A DNA stretch of 64,000 nucleotides from an uncultured Chloroflexia bacterium (GTDB lineage Bacteria; Chloroflexota; Anaerolineae; CG2-30-64-16): assembly GCA_963810095.1 (NCBI GenBank), contig CAWEMM010000010.1:160001-224000 (forward strand). The letters run 5' to 3'. Shown piece after piece: positions 21,346 to 34,541 of this stretch. How positions within the stretch are numbered: position 1 is the first letter of the stretch; every line of letters starts with the position of its first letter. The notes under the pieces are model-generated. The model saw nothing but the letters and a program-made list of their open reading frames with translations, had not been told where the DNA came from and searched no databases. The position numbers and the translations under genes were made by a program.

Positions 21346-22260
21346 ATGGCCTTCGAGAACTACCAACTGTACCGGATCGGGTTCTGGCTGGTGCGGCGTT
21401 TGCCGCGCGGCCTGCTCTACTTTGTCGCCGGCATGATCGCCGAGCTGAACTTCGGCTTCAACCGGACCGGCCGCCTGGGAGTCTACGACAACCTGGACCA
21501 CGTGCTGGGCCGGTCGGTCAGCCGCTTCACCCGCTGGCGGTATGGCCGCTCGGCCTTCCGGCACTTCGCCTATTCCGTGATCGATCTGTTCCTGATCCCG
21601 GGCCTGCGGCTCGAGAACATGAACGAGTTCGTCGCATCGATTCGCGGTATGGAGCACATCGAGGCGTGCCGGGCCGAAGGCAAGGGCGGGATCTTCATGA
21701 CGGTGCACATGGGCAGTTGGGAGTTGGCCGGCGCCGCGATGGGCCTGCTCGGGGTGCCCGTGACGGCAGCCGTGCTGAAACATTCAGATCCCCGCATCGA
21801 CCGCATCTTTGCCGACATCCGGAAGCGCGGCCAGATGCAGGAGGTTCCGGTCGGCGGGGCCTTACCGAAACTGGAAGCGGCGGTGGCCCAGGGCCGCTTC
21901 ATCGCGCTCGTGTCTGATCGTGACGTGAAGGGCTCGGGGATGAAGGTCACGTTCTTCGGAGAGGAAACGACCCTGCCCACCGGGCACGCAAGGATCGCCG
22001 CCCGCACGGGCGCATGGATCCTGCCCGGTCTGACGTATCGCACGCGTGATCACCGGATCATGATCGAAATTCGCCCGCCCATCATCCCACGCCCCGGCGA
22101 GACCGAAGAAGAGTTGATGGCGCGCAGCATTCCAGAGCTCGAGGCGATGATCCGCGCGCACCCCGACCAGTGGTCGTCATTCTTCAACTTGTGGAGCAAG
22201 ACCCGCCGTCCCGTGCGCTGGCAGCATCTGAGAAACAGGAAGCCCGCCCGGGGCGAATAA
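21346..22260 (+). CDS. Lysophospholipid/lipid acyltransferase (LpxL/PatA-like)
   Basis: HMGSWE, ALVSDRD, FFGE and HPDQW motifs. Confidence 0.88.
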   Translation: MAFENYQLYRIGFWLVRRLPRGLLYFVAGMIAELNFGFNRTGRLGVYDNLDHVLGRSVSRFTRWRYGRSAFRHFAYSVIDLFLIPGLRLENMNEFVASIRGMEHIEACRAEGKGGIFMTVHMGSWELAGAAMGLLGVPVTAAVLKHSDPRIDRIFADIRKRGQMQEVPVGGALPKLEAAVAQGRFIALVSDRDVKGSGMKVTFFGEETTLPTGHARIAARTGAWILPGLTYRTRDHRIMIEIRPPIIPRPGETEEELMARSIPELEAMIRAHPDQWSSFFNLWSKTRRPVRWQHLRNRKPARGE

Positions 22261-22297
22261 GGATTTGCCACAGAGGGCGCAGAGGCGCCTCGGACGC

Positions 22298-22331
22298 AGA
22301 AACCAGGTTTCTTCAAGAAACCTGGTTTCTT
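22298..22331. repeat. REP-like repeat, family C (AGAAACCNGGTTTCT doublet)
   Basis: agaaaccaggtttcttcaagaaacctggtttct between convergent genes. Confidence 0.8.
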
Positions 22332-22345
22332 TAATGTTCGTGTGG

Positions 22346-23738
<1,393 letters not shown>

Positions 23739-23925
23739 CGGGGACTCCTGTCGGGTGCTGTGCATTTGCCTCATTATAGCGTCACGGTGACCGTATGACC
23801 GCAATCATTGACCCTCGGCGAGCGGTCATGCTAACTTGCGATTGGGGGGCAAGGTCGGCCCTCACCCCACTACTTGCCGCCGTGCTCTTTGCGGTACGCT
23901 GAAGTATCAAAAGGAAGCAAGCCGG

Positions 23926-26731
23926 ATGAAACTTCGATTCCTCGCGGTCGCACTGCTCCTACTCGGGCTCCTTGCGCTCGCCGCCCTCAGCCTCGCGCAG
24001 CCCGGATTTGCGTTCGACGATCCCGTCGGGGCCGAGCCGGCCTCCACCCCGGGTGACGCCGGTCAGTCCTGCACGCAGGAGGACCCGGCTGCAGCGGACG
24101 AGCTGGCGCGCGCCGGGCTCGCCGTCGATCGGGTGCTGTCGGTGCAAGGGGTGGCGCCCGGTAACACGAACCCCACCGTCTTCTACTTCACGCCCCCCCA
24201 GCCGGCCCAGCCCGCTTCCCTCACGCTGACCTACGTGTACGGCCTGACCACCCCGCGCTCCTCCGTCGGGCTGCGCATCGTGCGCAACGGGCGGGCGGTT
24301 GGAACAGGGCAGACGACCAGCGACGCGGCCGGGAAGTATGTCTTCTACCCCCTCCGCCACCCCTGCGTGCCCATCGGCTACGAGTGGGTGCTGCAGGGGG
24401 GCGACGTGGTCGAGGTCACGGCCGCCGGCCACACCGTGTCGACGACCATCGTGCCCCTGAACGTGTGGATGGACCCGTTCAGCAACACGGTCGCCGGGAC
24501 CACGGCCCCGGGACGGGAGGTCCTGGTGACGGCCGCTCAGGCGCAAGCCGACCGGTGCAGCCCGCTGCAGGTCGAGAAGCTGGCGACGTCGGCCCCCGAC
24601 GGCAGCTTTACGACCGACTGGAACGGCAGGCTCGACTTCGACCACAGCGCCAGCAGCACCGTGTGCTCGCGCGACCCAAGCGGCAACGGCGCCTGTCTCT
24701 ATACGGAGGCGTTCCACATCGCCCTCGTCCCGACGGGGTACAACGCTGGCTTTCAGGGGCAGGTGAAGCCATCTGCGCCGTACCAGGTGACCCGAGTGCG
24801 GAACGGTAGCGCCTTGGTCGTCGCGACCGGGAATGCATCGGCGACGGGCACCCTTACTGAGCACCCGGACGATCTGCAGCCAAACGACGTTTACCGGCTG
24901 TCGAGCGGCGGGATGGTCATGGAGTACCAGTTCCTCCCCTTTGCCGCTTCGCTGGACGCGACGAGCGATCGTGTGACCGGGTCGATTGGGCCCGGCCGCT
25001 CGATTCGGGCGAACTTCGTCAGGCGGGGGTACAGCATCTCCGCGCCCTACCACCAGCCCACCCTGAACGCATGCGGTGGGGCTTCGAGCTGCCGCTCGGC
25101 CAGGTCGGATGCGTCCGGCGTTCAGCATCGACGATGGGCTGGACATCCTGCGGGGCGACTACGTTGCCCTCACCGCCTACGACGCGAACGGCAACTGGCA
25201 GGAACTGCCTTTCGTCAATGCCCCGGCCATCTATGTCGACCCGGTGCGGAGGACGGTGCAGGGCTACTGGGTGGCCATCCCCGGATACACGCTGTCCCTG
25301 CGCTTGCTCGGTCCGGCCGGCGAGGTCAAGCGAACGGAGTCCTTGCTGTACAGTCAAAGCGACGGATCGTTCGGCGGCTGGGCCTCCGCGTCCATCGAGC
25401 CTGGGGATCGGATCGAGGTGACGGACCCGAGCGGCGTGCTGACCGAGACGATGACCGTCCAGCCCCTCACCGCCCGGTTTGACGCCGAGAGCAGTCACAT
25501 CACGGGCGCATCGACTGGGGGTCGCCTGGTGGCCCTGCCGTGGCAGCAGGGCTGCGCTTACTACGGTCCCGCGACCCATCGGGCCGACGTGTGCCAGGAG
25601 GCCGAAGCCTCGCCGGGGGCCTACGGGCTGACGTTCCCCGGCTTCGCTGCCCGGGCCGGCGACTACGCGGTCGTGAGCCTGCGCGGGCCCGACGGTCACT
25701 ACACGCTGCTTCACAGCCCGACCTTCCAGGTGCGCTGGAGCCAGATGGAGTCCTACCCGTACCTGACCGTGCGAACGAAGAGCCCGAATGCCACGGTGCA
25801 GGCGTCGGCCACGCACGGCGGCAAGACTGAGCCGCTGGACTGTCAATTCGGCACCTCCGGTTACGCGAACTGCACCCTGCCGAACGCAACTGAGCGGCTC
25901 CAGCCCGGCGACGTGATCCACGTGACCACTTCCGACGGCGACCAGCTTGCGCTGGACCTCCCCGACTTCACCGCGAGCGGGACCAACACCCCGCCGAGCA
26001 TCTTCGGGAACGCGCCGGACGGCGGGGAGGTCTCGACGGAGATGTACGAGGTGGTGCGCGTGCTGGACGGCGGGCCCTACGGCGCGCCGTTCAATGGGCC
26101 GTACCTGAGCAGTACGAGCCGCGTCCGGGTCAACGTCCGGCCGGATGCGAACAACACCTATCGCGCCCCGTTCGCGGCCCAGTGGGCGCCGGCGACTTCT
26201 TCCGCGTCCCTGTGCTGGCCCGCCCACCCCGGCAGCCCGTGCGCCGGCACCGGCGCTTTGTACTGCACGCCGGCGGGGCACCAGGTCTACATGGAGACGC
26301 AACCGCCGTATAGCATCGCCGCGGATACCTTTGAAGACGACGATGTGTCCACGAACGCCAGCACATATGCCGGGCCACAGCACCGCACCTTCGATTGGGA
26401 GGGCGATACGGACTGGGTGCGGTTCGAGGTGACGCCGGCCGCGATTGCCAGCGGCAGCTCCTACCGGATCGAGACCACCGGCCTGGCCTCGGGCGCGATC
26501 CAGGATGTCGCCCTATTCGGGGTCGACGGGCAGACGCTCATCCGGGCGTGGCATGTCGAGAGCAAGTACGGCCTGCCCGGCTTCTCCGTCTGGACGCCCC
26601 CAGGGCCGGGCATCTACTACCTGCGCGTGCAGCGCCCGGCGTCGCTGGGATCCGTCTACTGTGGCGACGTGTATGACCTGCGCGTCGAAGAGGTGCAAGG
26701 GACGAGTTTCCTCCCACTGCTGCTGCACTGA
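23926..26731 (+). CDS. Large secreted repeat protein with C-terminal FLPLLLH tail, frameshifted near 25110
   Basis: Signal peptide MKLRFLAVALLLLG..., recurring LxPGDxIxV-like modules, C-terminal DTDW...YYLRV beta domain. Confidence 0.75.
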
Positions 26732-26747
26732 TGCGACGTCCGGCCGG

Positions 26748-28601
26748 ATGGAGCTTGAAGAGGTCGGGTGGCTGGCGGCAGCCGTCCTGGCGCCGCTCGT
26801 CCTCAATCCGGCCGGTTGCAGTGTGTTCGAACTGCCCAAAGCCGTCGTCGTGCAGGCGTGCGCGCTGGCTGCATGGGCGCCGGTGGTCGTCTCGCGCAGG
26901 GGAACCGGCCGGCGCAGCCCCCTGATCTGGCCGCTGCTCGCCCTGGCGGGGATCGCCGTCCTCGCGTCCTTCGCCTCCATCGACCGGGGCCTCAGCCTGT
27001 GGGGCTCGCTCGACCGCCAGCAGGGGCTGCTCACGCTCCTGGCGTATGCGGCCCTGGCGGCGGCCGTGGCCGTCCGCCTTCGCACGCCCGGCCAGGCCCT
27101 GCGGCTGCTCCGCGCTGGTGTGGGGCAGCGCGCCGGTCGTCCTGTACGGCCTTGTCCAGGCGCTGGGCGTCGATCCCGTCCCCTGGCAGACGGACGCCGC
27201 CTCGCGCGTCCTGTCCACCGTGGGCCGGGCGAACTTCCTCGGCTCCTACCTGGTCCTCGTCTTCCCCCTCACGGTCGTTGCGGCCTGGCTGGCAAGCCGG
27301 AAGTGGCCCTACTGGCTGCTGCTGGCCGGACAGCTCGCCGTGCTCGGGGCTGCGGCTGCCCGTTCGGCGTGGGCCGGCGCAGCGGTCGCCGGGGTGGCCC
27401 TGGTCCTGTTCTGCGCAGTGGCCTTGCGGCGCAGGCGGCTGGCCTGGGCGGGCGCGGGGCTGGCCGGCATGTTGCTGCTGACCGTGCTCCTGACCGGCCT
27501 CGGAGCAGTGCTGCCGGGCGTCGGACGGCTCGCATCGCCGGCCGGCACCGGTTCGGGGGCGGCCCGCCTGACGATCTGGCGGGCCGTGCTGCCCCTGATC
27601 GCCGCCCGGCCCGCTGCTCGGCTACGGACCCGGAGACGACGCAAGCCGCCTTCCTCCCGGTCTACCCCCCGCAGCTCGTTTACTACCAGGGTCGCGACGC
27701 CGTCGTCGACCGGGCTCACAACGTCTGGCTCGACCAGGCTCTCAGCACCGGGCTGCTCGGCGTCCTTGCACTGATCGCGCTCCTGGCCGTTGCGGGCCGG
27801 CAAGGGGCGCGTGCGCTCCGCAGCGACCCCGATCTCCGGGTCCGGCTCCTTGCGGCCGGCGTGCTCGCCGCGCTGGCCGGCCACCTGGCCGATCTGCAGT
27901 TCAGCTTCGACCTGACGACGACGGGCACCGTCTTCTTCCTGCTGGCGGGGCTCAGCGCCGCGCTGGGCGAGGGCTTGGATGAGCGCCTACGCGTTCCCGC
28001 CCGCAAGGAGCCGGTCGCTTTGGCCGCCGCGTTTGGCGTCGCCCTGGTCGTCTTCGGGGTGTTGGGCGCACGACCGCTGCTGGCCGACGCGCAGTGCGGG
28101 CGGGGCCACGATGCGCGGCGCCCCCCTGCGGCCCGCCTGGCGGCCGCCGAGGCAGCGGTGAGCACCTGGCCCGTGCAGGCGGAATATGCGAGGCGTTTGG
28201 CCGTTGCCCGCGCGCAGACAGGCGACTTCGGGGGGCGGAACAGGTGCTCGTCCAGGTGACGCAGGCGCAGCCGAGCGACCCGAACGCGCACGCGCTCCTG
28301 GGCGATTTCTACGCGGAGAGGGCCGGGCGTGAGCCGGGTTACTGGCCCCGTGCAGAGCGGGAGTACCGGAGCGCCATATCCTTAGCGCCGAACATCGCCA
28401 CCTTCCATGTGGCGCTCGGTGCGGCGCTGGCGGTACAGGGGCGGCTGGAGGAGGGGATTGAGGCCCTGGAGCGGGCTGCCGCGCTGGATGCCACGAGCGC
28501 TGACGGCCTATCGTTACCTGGCCGAGCTGTACGGGGCGGTGGGCCGGCCCGAAGACGCCCGGCGGGCTGAAGAGGCAGCCCGGGCCCTGGTGAATCCCTG
28601 A
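26748..28601 (+). CDS. O-antigen ligase/Wzy_C-like membrane protein with C-terminal TPR repeats (several frameshifts)
   Basis: FELPK, STVGRANFLGSY, RLTIW, DRAHNVWLD motifs and TPR-like helices, spread over successive frames. Confidence 0.8.
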
Positions 28602-28626
28602 GCTGCCTCCCAGCGTTAACGGGCCT

Positions 28627-29586
28627 TTACTCCCACTTGCTCACTTCGTTGAGCGCGGCCATCTCCTCGTCGGACAGCTTCACGCCCGCCCCACCCAGGT
28701 TCTCGCGCAACTGCTCGACGCTGTTGGCGCCGATGATGGGCGAGGTGATGACGGGCTGTGTGAGCAGCCACGCCAGTGCGGCCTGCGTCGGCGTGAGGTT
28801 GCGGCCCCGAGCGACTTCCTGCAGCTTGTCCAGGATGCCCCAGCCCCGGTCGTTGAAATAGCGGGTCTTGATGCCCTCGACGCGGGCACCCTGCGCCTCC
28901 GCACCCCGCTGGTATTTGCCCGTGAGGAAACCGGCTGCGAGCGGGCTGTAGGGGATGACGCCGATGCCCTGGTCCTTGCACAGCGGCAGCAGCTCGCGCT
29001 CGAACTCCGCCCGGTTCGCCAGGTTGTAGTGCGGCTGCAGCGAGTCGTACCGCGCCAGCCCGTGCTTCTCGCTCGTCCACAGCGCGCCGCACAGCCGCCA
29101 GGCCTGGATGTTCGATGCGCCGATGTAGCGCACCTTGCCCGCCCGCACCATGTCGTCCAGCGCCCGCAGCGTCTCGTCGAAAGGCGTCTCCCGGTCGTCC
29201 GCATGGGTCTGGTAGAGGTCGATGTAGTCCGTCTGCAGCCGGCGCAGCGAGTCGTCGACTGCCCGCATCAGGTGGCCCCGGCTCAGGCCCTCGCCGTTCG
29301 GCCCCTCCCACATGCGGCCGCGCGCCTTCGTCGCCAGCACGATGTCCTGCCGGTTGCCGCGTGCCTGCATCCACCGGCCGATGATCTCCTCCGAGACGCC
29401 GCCCGGATTGTTCGGCGCCCAGCGGCTGTACACGTCGGCCGTGTCGATGAAGTTGCCGCCGCCCTCCACGAACGCATCCATGACGGCGAAAGCCGTCTGT
29501 TCATCGGCCGTCCAGCCCCATTGCATCGTGCCCAGGCATAACTCGGAAACCTTCAGCCCCGTTCTTCCCAATCGCCTGTATTCCAT
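28627..29586 (-). CDS. Aldo/keto reductase
   Basis: [45 protein letters not shown] motifs. Confidence 0.95.
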   Translation of the reverse strand: MEYRRLGRTGLKVSELCLGTMQWGWTADEQTAFAVMDAFVEGGGNFIDTADVYSRWAPNNPGGVSEEIIGRWMQARGNRQDIVLATKARGRMWEGPNGEGLSRGHLMRAVDDSLRRLQTDYIDLYQTHADDRETPFDETLRALDDMVRAGKVRYIGASNIQAWRLCGALWTSEKHGLARYDSLQPHYNLANRAEFERELLPLCKDQGIGVIPYSPLAAGFLTGKYQRGAEAQGARVEGIKTRYFNDRGWGILDKLQEVARGRNLTPTQAALAWLLTQPVITSPIIGANSVEQLRENLGGAGVKLSDEEMAALNEVSKWE

Positions 29587-29603
29587 CTGTCGCTCCTTCC
29601 CGC

Positions 29604-30074
29604 TTATTCTTGCATCTGACCTGTCTTCACTGCCGCTTCGAGATCCCTCATCCGGTGGTACGCCGAGTGGCCGTCGATGTCGAAGGGCCAATCTTTGCCA
29701 TGTTCCCGGCCGCTGAAGTACGTGTCCGGCGCCTCATTCAGGGCCGCCAGCAGCTCTTGCTGCACCTGCCGGTGCCAGTCCAGCACCTCCTGCGGCGAAC
29801 GGTCGCGCCACTTCTCCCAGATGACCCGGTTCATCTCGTGGAACTCCAGGCCGCGTTCCTCGGGCGGCCGGCGCTCCTTTCGGAGCCCGCGTACCGTATT
29901 GGCCTTCCAGTACGTGATGTGAGCGAGCGCGTCCTTAACCGTCCATGGGTCCCGGCTCTCAGGCCGGGGCACAGGGCGGTCCCAGTCCTCGGCCGTAAAG
30001 CCCGTGAGCAGGCGGTCGAGCAGCTCGAACTCACGCATGACCCGGTCGATCACTTCCTCGCGTGTGTGAAGCAT
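29604..30074 (-). CDS. DinB/maleylpyruvate-isomerase-N-like four-helix-bundle protein
   Basis: [13 protein letters not shown] motif and C-terminal HxxxH. Confidence 0.8.
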   Translation of the reverse strand: MLHTREEVIDRVMREFELLDRLLTGFTAEDWDRPVPRPESRDPWTVKDALAHITYWKANTVRGLRKERRPPEERGLEFHEMNRVIWEKWRDRSPQEVLDWHRQVQQELLAALNEAPDTYFSGREHGKDWPFDIDGHSAYHRMRDLEAAVKTGQMQE

Positions 30075-30172
30075 CTCGCTAGCCCCTTCCGCAACAAGGA
30101 ACGAGAAACCAGGTTTCAACGCCAGCTTTTTCGCTGGCGCATACCTGGTTTTTGATGCCTCGCCCCTACGAT

Positions 30173-31384
30173 TCAGGTCCGGTAGTGCCCGTTGATGTCG
30201 ACGTACGCGTGGCTCAGGTCGCAGGTCCACACCGTCGCACGGCCCTCGCCCAGGCCCAGATCGACCGACACCGCAATCTCGGGCCCGCCGAATACCGCCG
30301 TCGCCGCCTCTTCGGAGTACGGGAGCGGCCGGCCGCCACGGACGAGTTGAATGCGCTCCGCGCCCGAAGGCGCTTCGTCCACGCCCGGCGCGATCCACAG
30401 GTCCGCTTGCGCCGGGTCCACGTGGGCCCCGGAATACCCGACCGCCGCCAGGATGCGGCCCCAGTTGGCGTCGCCGCCGTAGAATGCGGTCTTCACCAGC
30501 GGCGAGTTCGCGACCGCCTTCGCTGCGGTCCGGGCTTCGTTATCGGACGCGGCGCCCGACACCCGAACGGCAATGAACTTCGTCGCACCCTCGCCATCCC
30601 GCACGATCTGCTGCGCCAGGTCGGTGCAGAGCCCGGTGAGCGCTGCGGCGAACGCGTGCTGGTCCACCGCCCCGGCTGCGCCGTTCGCCAGCGCCAGCAC
30701 CGTGTCGTTCGTGCTCATGTCGCCGTCGACGCTGATGCAGTTGAAGCTCACGTCGACTGCGGCGCGCAGCAGGGCGTCGAGCGCCTGCGGCTCGAGCGCC
30801 GCATCGGTCGCGATCACGCTCAACATGGTCGCCATGTTCGGGTGGATCATGCCCGCGCCCTTGGCCATGCCCCAGATGACGGCTTCCCCGACCCGGCGAG
30901 CGGCGACCTTCGGCCGGGTGTCTGTGGTCATGATGGCGTGCGCCGCGGCTGCGGCGCCCTGCGCGGCTGCCGCCGTATCGGACGCCAGGGCGGCTGCTGC
31001 GGCCCGTGCGCCTTCCGCAATCAGGTCCATCGGCAGCCGTGGGCCAATCACGCCGGTCGACATGACCGCAACGGACTTGGCCGGCGCACCAAACGCCGCT
31101 TCGGCCAGCCGGGCCATCTCTGCCGCATCGCTCAGCCCCTCGTCGCCCGTGCACGCATTCGCACAGCCAGAGTTGATTACTACGCCGCGCAGCGCTGAAG
31201 CGTTCCCTACGAGGAGGGCGCGATCGTACAGCACGGGCGCAGCGGGAAACGCGTTTCGGGTAAACGTAGCCGCAGCCGCACACGAGCGGTCGCTTAGCAC
31301 GGCCGCGAAATCCGGTGCGCCGTTCTTCTTGATGCCCGCTGCCACGCCGGCGAAGCGAAAACCGTTAGGAAGGCGCTGCTCCAA
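30173..31384 (-). CDS. argJ: Glutamate N-acetyltransferase / ornithine acetyltransferase
   Basis: NSGCANACTG, KGAGMIHPNMATML, DGDMSTND, DGEGATK, WTCDL motifs. Confidence 0.96.
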   Translation of the reverse strand: MEQRLPNGFRFAGVAAGIKKNGAPDFAAVLSDRSCAAAATFTRNAFPAAPVLYDRALLVGNASALRGVVINSGCANACTGDEGLSDAAEMARLAEAAFGAPAKSVAVMSTGVIGPRLPMDLIAEGARAAAAALASDTAAAAQGAAAAAHAIMTTDTRPKVAARRVGEAVIWGMAKGAGMIHPNMATMLSVIATDAALEPQALDALLRAAVDVSFNCISVDGDMSTNDTVLALANGAAGAVDQHAFAAALTGLCTDLAQQIVRDGEGATKFIAVRVSGAASDNEARTAAKAVANSPLVKTAFYGGDANWGRILAAVGYSGAHVDPAQADLWIAPGVDEAPSGAERIQLVRGGRPLPYSEEAATAVFGGPEIAVSVDLGLGEGRATVWTCDLSHAYVDINGHYRT

Positions 31385-31416
31385 CGAAACCTCCGGTTAT
31401 GGGTAGAACGACGGTC

Positions 31417-31501
31417 AACACAAAGACACGAAGGCACAACGTTTCATGATATATGCTGAATCACTCGCGTGACCCCTTGTGTCTCAGTGCCTTTGTGGTA
31501 A
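31417..31501. repeat. REP-like repeat, family A
   Basis: aacacaaagacacgaaggcacaa...ttgtgtctcagtgcctttgtggt. Confidence 0.75.
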
Positions 31502-31522
31502 CCTCTGGCGTCCAACAGGCGA

Positions 31523-32791
31523 CTAGTCGCGCTTGAACGCCGAATAGTCCGGCGCCTGGTGCTTGCTGCGGCCTGTGCCTTCCACGTCGAGCATCGCCTC
31601 GACCTTCATGGGCAGGCCGAACAGCTTGATGAAGCCCTCCGCGTCCTTCTGGTTGTAGACATCCTCTTCGCCGAAGGTAGCATAATCCTCGCGGTAGAGG
31701 CTGTAGGGCGACTTCCGCCCGACCAGGCTCACGCTCCCCTTGTACAGCTTGAGCCGGGAAGTGCCGGTCACGTGCTTTTGGGTGACGTCGACGAACGCAT
31801 CGAGCGCGCTGCGCAGCGGCGTGAACCACTGGCCGTTGTACACGAGTTCGGCATACTTCAGCGCCAGCATCTGCTTGTACTGCAGCGCCTGCTTGTCCAG
31901 GCAGATCTGTTCCAGCCCTTCGTGCGCCTTGTACAGGATCGTGCCGCCGGGCGTTTCGTACACGCCGCGCGACTTCATGCCCACGAGCCGGTTCTCGACG
32001 ATATCGACCCGGCCCACGCCGTGCTTGCCGCCGATCGCATTGAGCGCCGCGACCAGGTCGATCGGACCCATCGCCTGGCCGTTGACGCGCTTGGGCACGC
32101 CCTGATCGAAGTAGACTTCCACGTACTCCGCCTCGTCAGGGGCGGACTCCGGGCTTTGGGTCAGCTGGAACATGTCTTCCTTGGGCTCGTTCCACGGGTC
32201 CTCGAGCCCGCCGCCCTCGTGGCTCAGGTGCCACAGGTTGCGATCGCGGCTGTAGATCGACTTGATCGTCGCCGTGACCGGAACGTTGTGCTCGGCGGCG
32301 TACTTCAGCGCGTCCTCGCGGCTGCGGATGTGCCACTCGCGCCAGGGAGCGATGATCTTCAGCTTGGGGTTGAGCGCCATGACGGTCAGCTCGAAGCGGA
32401 CCTGGTCGTTGCCCTTGCCCGTGGCGCCGTGCGACACGGCGTCAGCGCCTTCCATGGCAGCGATCTCGACCATCTTCTTCGCGATCAGGGGGCGGGCGAA
32501 GGAGGTGCCGAGAAGGTAATCGCGCTCGTAGATCGCGCCGGCCTTGAGGGTGGGGTAAATGTATTCGGTGATGAACTCCTCGCGCAGGTCATCGATGTAC
32601 AGCTTGCTGGCGCCCGAGGCCAACGCCTTGGCCTCCAGTCCCGACAGCTCTTCTTCCTGGCCGAGGTTGGCGCAGAAGCAGATCACCTCGCAGTCGTAGT
32701 TCTCGACGAGCCACGGGACGATGCACGAGGTGTCGAGCCCGCCCGAATAGGCGAGCACGACTTTCGATACCGACTTCTTAGCAGCGGACAT
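31523..32791 (-). CDS. argG: Argininosuccinate synthase
   Basis: [39 protein letters not shown] motifs. Confidence 0.98.
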   Translation of the reverse strand: MSAAKKSVSKVVLAYSGGLDTSCIVPWLVENYDCEVICFCANLGQEEELSGLEAKALASGASKLYIDDLREEFITEYIYPTLKAGAIYERDYLLGTSFARPLIAKKMVEIAAMEGADAVSHGATGKGNDQVRFELTVMALNPKLKIIAPWREWHIRSREDALKYAAEHNVPVTATIKSIYSRDRNLWHLSHEGGGLEDPWNEPKEDMFQLTQSPESAPDEAEYVEVYFDQGVPKRVNGQAMGPIDLVAALNAIGGKHGVGRVDIVENRLVGMKSRGVYETPGGTILYKAHEGLEQICLDKQALQYKQMLALKYAELVYNGQWFTPLRSALDAFVDVTQKHVTGTSRLKLYKGSVSLVGRKSPYSLYREDYATFGEEDVYNQKDAEGFIKLFGLPMKVEAMLDVEGTGRSKHQAPDYSAFKRD

Positions 32792-32816
32792 GAGGTTACT
32801 CCTTGCGTATGATGCC

Positions 32817-32892
32817 TAACACAAAGGCACTAAGACACGAAGTTCCCAGATACTGTTTCCGACCTCTTTGTGTCCTGGTGTCTTTGTGGTGA
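32817..32892. repeat. REP-like repeat, family A
   Basis: taacacaaaggcactaagacac...gtgtcctggtgtctttgtggtga. Confidence 0.75.
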
Positions 32893-32905
32893 AACCCACT
32901 CTTGC

Positions 32906-33931
32906 TTAACGGGAAAGATTGATGACATCGCGCAGCATTGCAGCGGCCGTGGGAACCGGGCCGCGCTCGTCCACCTTGAACTGCTGGAGCCCCATGATGT
33001 CGGTGTCGAATACGATGCCCATCTCCCAGCCCGATACGCTGGCGAGGAAATCGTCTTTCGGCAGCCACTTCGGCTCGACAGAGAAATGGAACCCGTCGCC
33101 GGCCTTCTCGGCCGTGGCGACGAGCTTCACGACCTTGCCCCGGGCCGCGCCCTCTACGATCTGCTCGGGCGTGATGTGGGTGATGCCCTCCAGCGGGCGC
33201 ACGTCGTTGAGCGTGGCCGGGACGCCCAGGATGCTGTTGGCGATGATGACCAGCTTGTTGGCCGTGTCCCACCCTTCCACGTCGAGCGAGGGGTCGGCCT
33301 CGGCAATGCCGTCGAGCTGCGCCTGCTTGAGCGCCTTCCCATAGGTGCCGCCCAGGCTCATGGCTTCGAGAATGGAGTTGCTGGTCGAGTTGAAGATGCC
33401 GCGCAGGCCCCGGATGTCGCAGCCGACGAGGTCGCGCCGCCCGATGTTGACCACCGGCAGCGCGCCGCAGACGGTGGCGCTGTAGGCAAAACCGACCCCC
33501 GCAGCCTGGGCGGCGCCCGTTAGCTCGGCGAACGCCAGCACAAGCGGCGCCTTATTCGCCAGCACCACGCCCATCCCCCGGCCGAGGGCCCGCCGCACGC
33601 AGCTCAGCCCCGGCTCGCCGTCTTTCAGGTTGACGGGCGACGCCTCGAGCAGCAGGTCCGCCGCGACCCGCTCGACCGCCTCCAGCGCCGTATCGAGGGC
33701 TTGTGCGCCGGGGAAGGAAGCGACGCCCTTGCCGCCCTGCTTGTGGGCCAGCAGCGCGTGCGGGTCGATGCCGCCGTTATTGACCACCGCGCCGGAGGAG
33801 TCGGCCGCAGCCGTGAGGACCAGCTCCAGCCCGTACCGATCGGCGAGCAAGCCGGCCTTCTCGTTCATCAGCTGGAGGAACGCCCGGCCGACATTCCCCA
33901 CCCCGATCAGCGCCACTCGGATCTGTTTCAT
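32906..33931 (-). CDS. Homoserine dehydrogenase-like protein inside the arg cluster
   Basis: GVGNVG, VVLANK, ATVCGALP, GIAEADPSLDVEGWDTANK motifs. Confidence 0.88.
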   Translation of the reverse strand: MKQIRVALIGVGNVGRAFLQLMNEKAGLLADRYGLELVLTAAADSSGAVVNNGGIDPHALLAHKQGGKGVASFPGAQALDTALEAVERVAADLLLEASPVNLKDGEPGLSCVRRALGRGMGVVLANKAPLVLAFAELTGAAQAAGVGFAYSATVCGALPVVNIGRRDLVGCDIRGLRGIFNSTSNSILEAMSLGGTYGKALKQAQLDGIAEADPSLDVEGWDTANKLVIIANSILGVPATLNDVRPLEGITHITPEQIVEGAARGKVVKLVATAEKAGDGFHFSVEPKWLPKDDFLASVSGWEMGIVFDTDIMGLQQFKVDERGPVPTAAAMLRDVINLSR

Positions 33932-34005
33932 CCTACCCCCTAACAGCAAACGGCACAAAGCGCACGAAGATCGTTGTGGCCTTCGTGTCTTTGTGTCTGA
34001 AACGC

Positions 34006-34527
34006 CTATGTCCGAACGGCGAAAGCCGGCCGCAGATTGATCATGCCGACCGTTTCTGCCTCGGGCTCGCGCAGATTCATCAGAACCGCGATCTCGTCGC
34101 ACTTGTCGAACTTCGAGCAGTACACGCATTCCTGCCAGATCTTCGGCGTGATCGTCCAGCGGTCGACGGTGGCAAAGCCGCACACGTTGAAGAAGCCTTC
34201 GTTCAGCGTCAGCGCACAGATCTTGTCGTACCCGGCATCGCGCGCCGCGATGACCAGCGCCTCCACCAGCCGCTTCCCCAGCCCCGTCCCGCGGGTCTCG
34301 GGCGCCACGGCCAGCGACCGCAGCTCGGTCAGGCGGGGGGTCAGCGGCACGTTCGACCCGCAGCCGACCACCCTTCCCCCGTGCGTGGCGACCAGGAACC
34401 CCGGCAGCGCCCGGCGAATCTGCTCGGCCGTGCGCGTCAGCATCAGGTCCTGTGCCGCGTAGCCGTTGACCAACCCCAGGATGCCGTCGATGTCGCTCTC
34501 TTTCGCAGCGCGAATGTGAATATCCAT
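34006..34527 (-). CDS. argA: Short GNAT N-acetylglutamate synthase-like acetyltransferase (alternative start 34539)
   Basis: ELRSLAV, GTGLGKRLV, KIWQECVYC...CDEIA motifs; position within the arg cluster. Confidence 0.8.
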   Translation of the reverse strand: MDIHIRAAKESDIDGILGLVNGYAAQDLMLTRTAEQIRRALPGFLVATHGGRVVGCGSNVPLTPRLTELRSLAVAPETRGTGLGKRLVEALVIAARDAGYDKICALTLNEGFFNVCGFATVDRWTITPKIWQECVYCSKFDKCDEIAVLMNLREPEAETVGMINLRPAFAVRT

Positions 34528-34541
34528 GACAAGTCCCATAG

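Noticed and set aside
23755-23780. ARG box at the argH promoter (TGAGGCAAATGCA)
   Set aside because: Only one half-site matches and the spacing is wrong.
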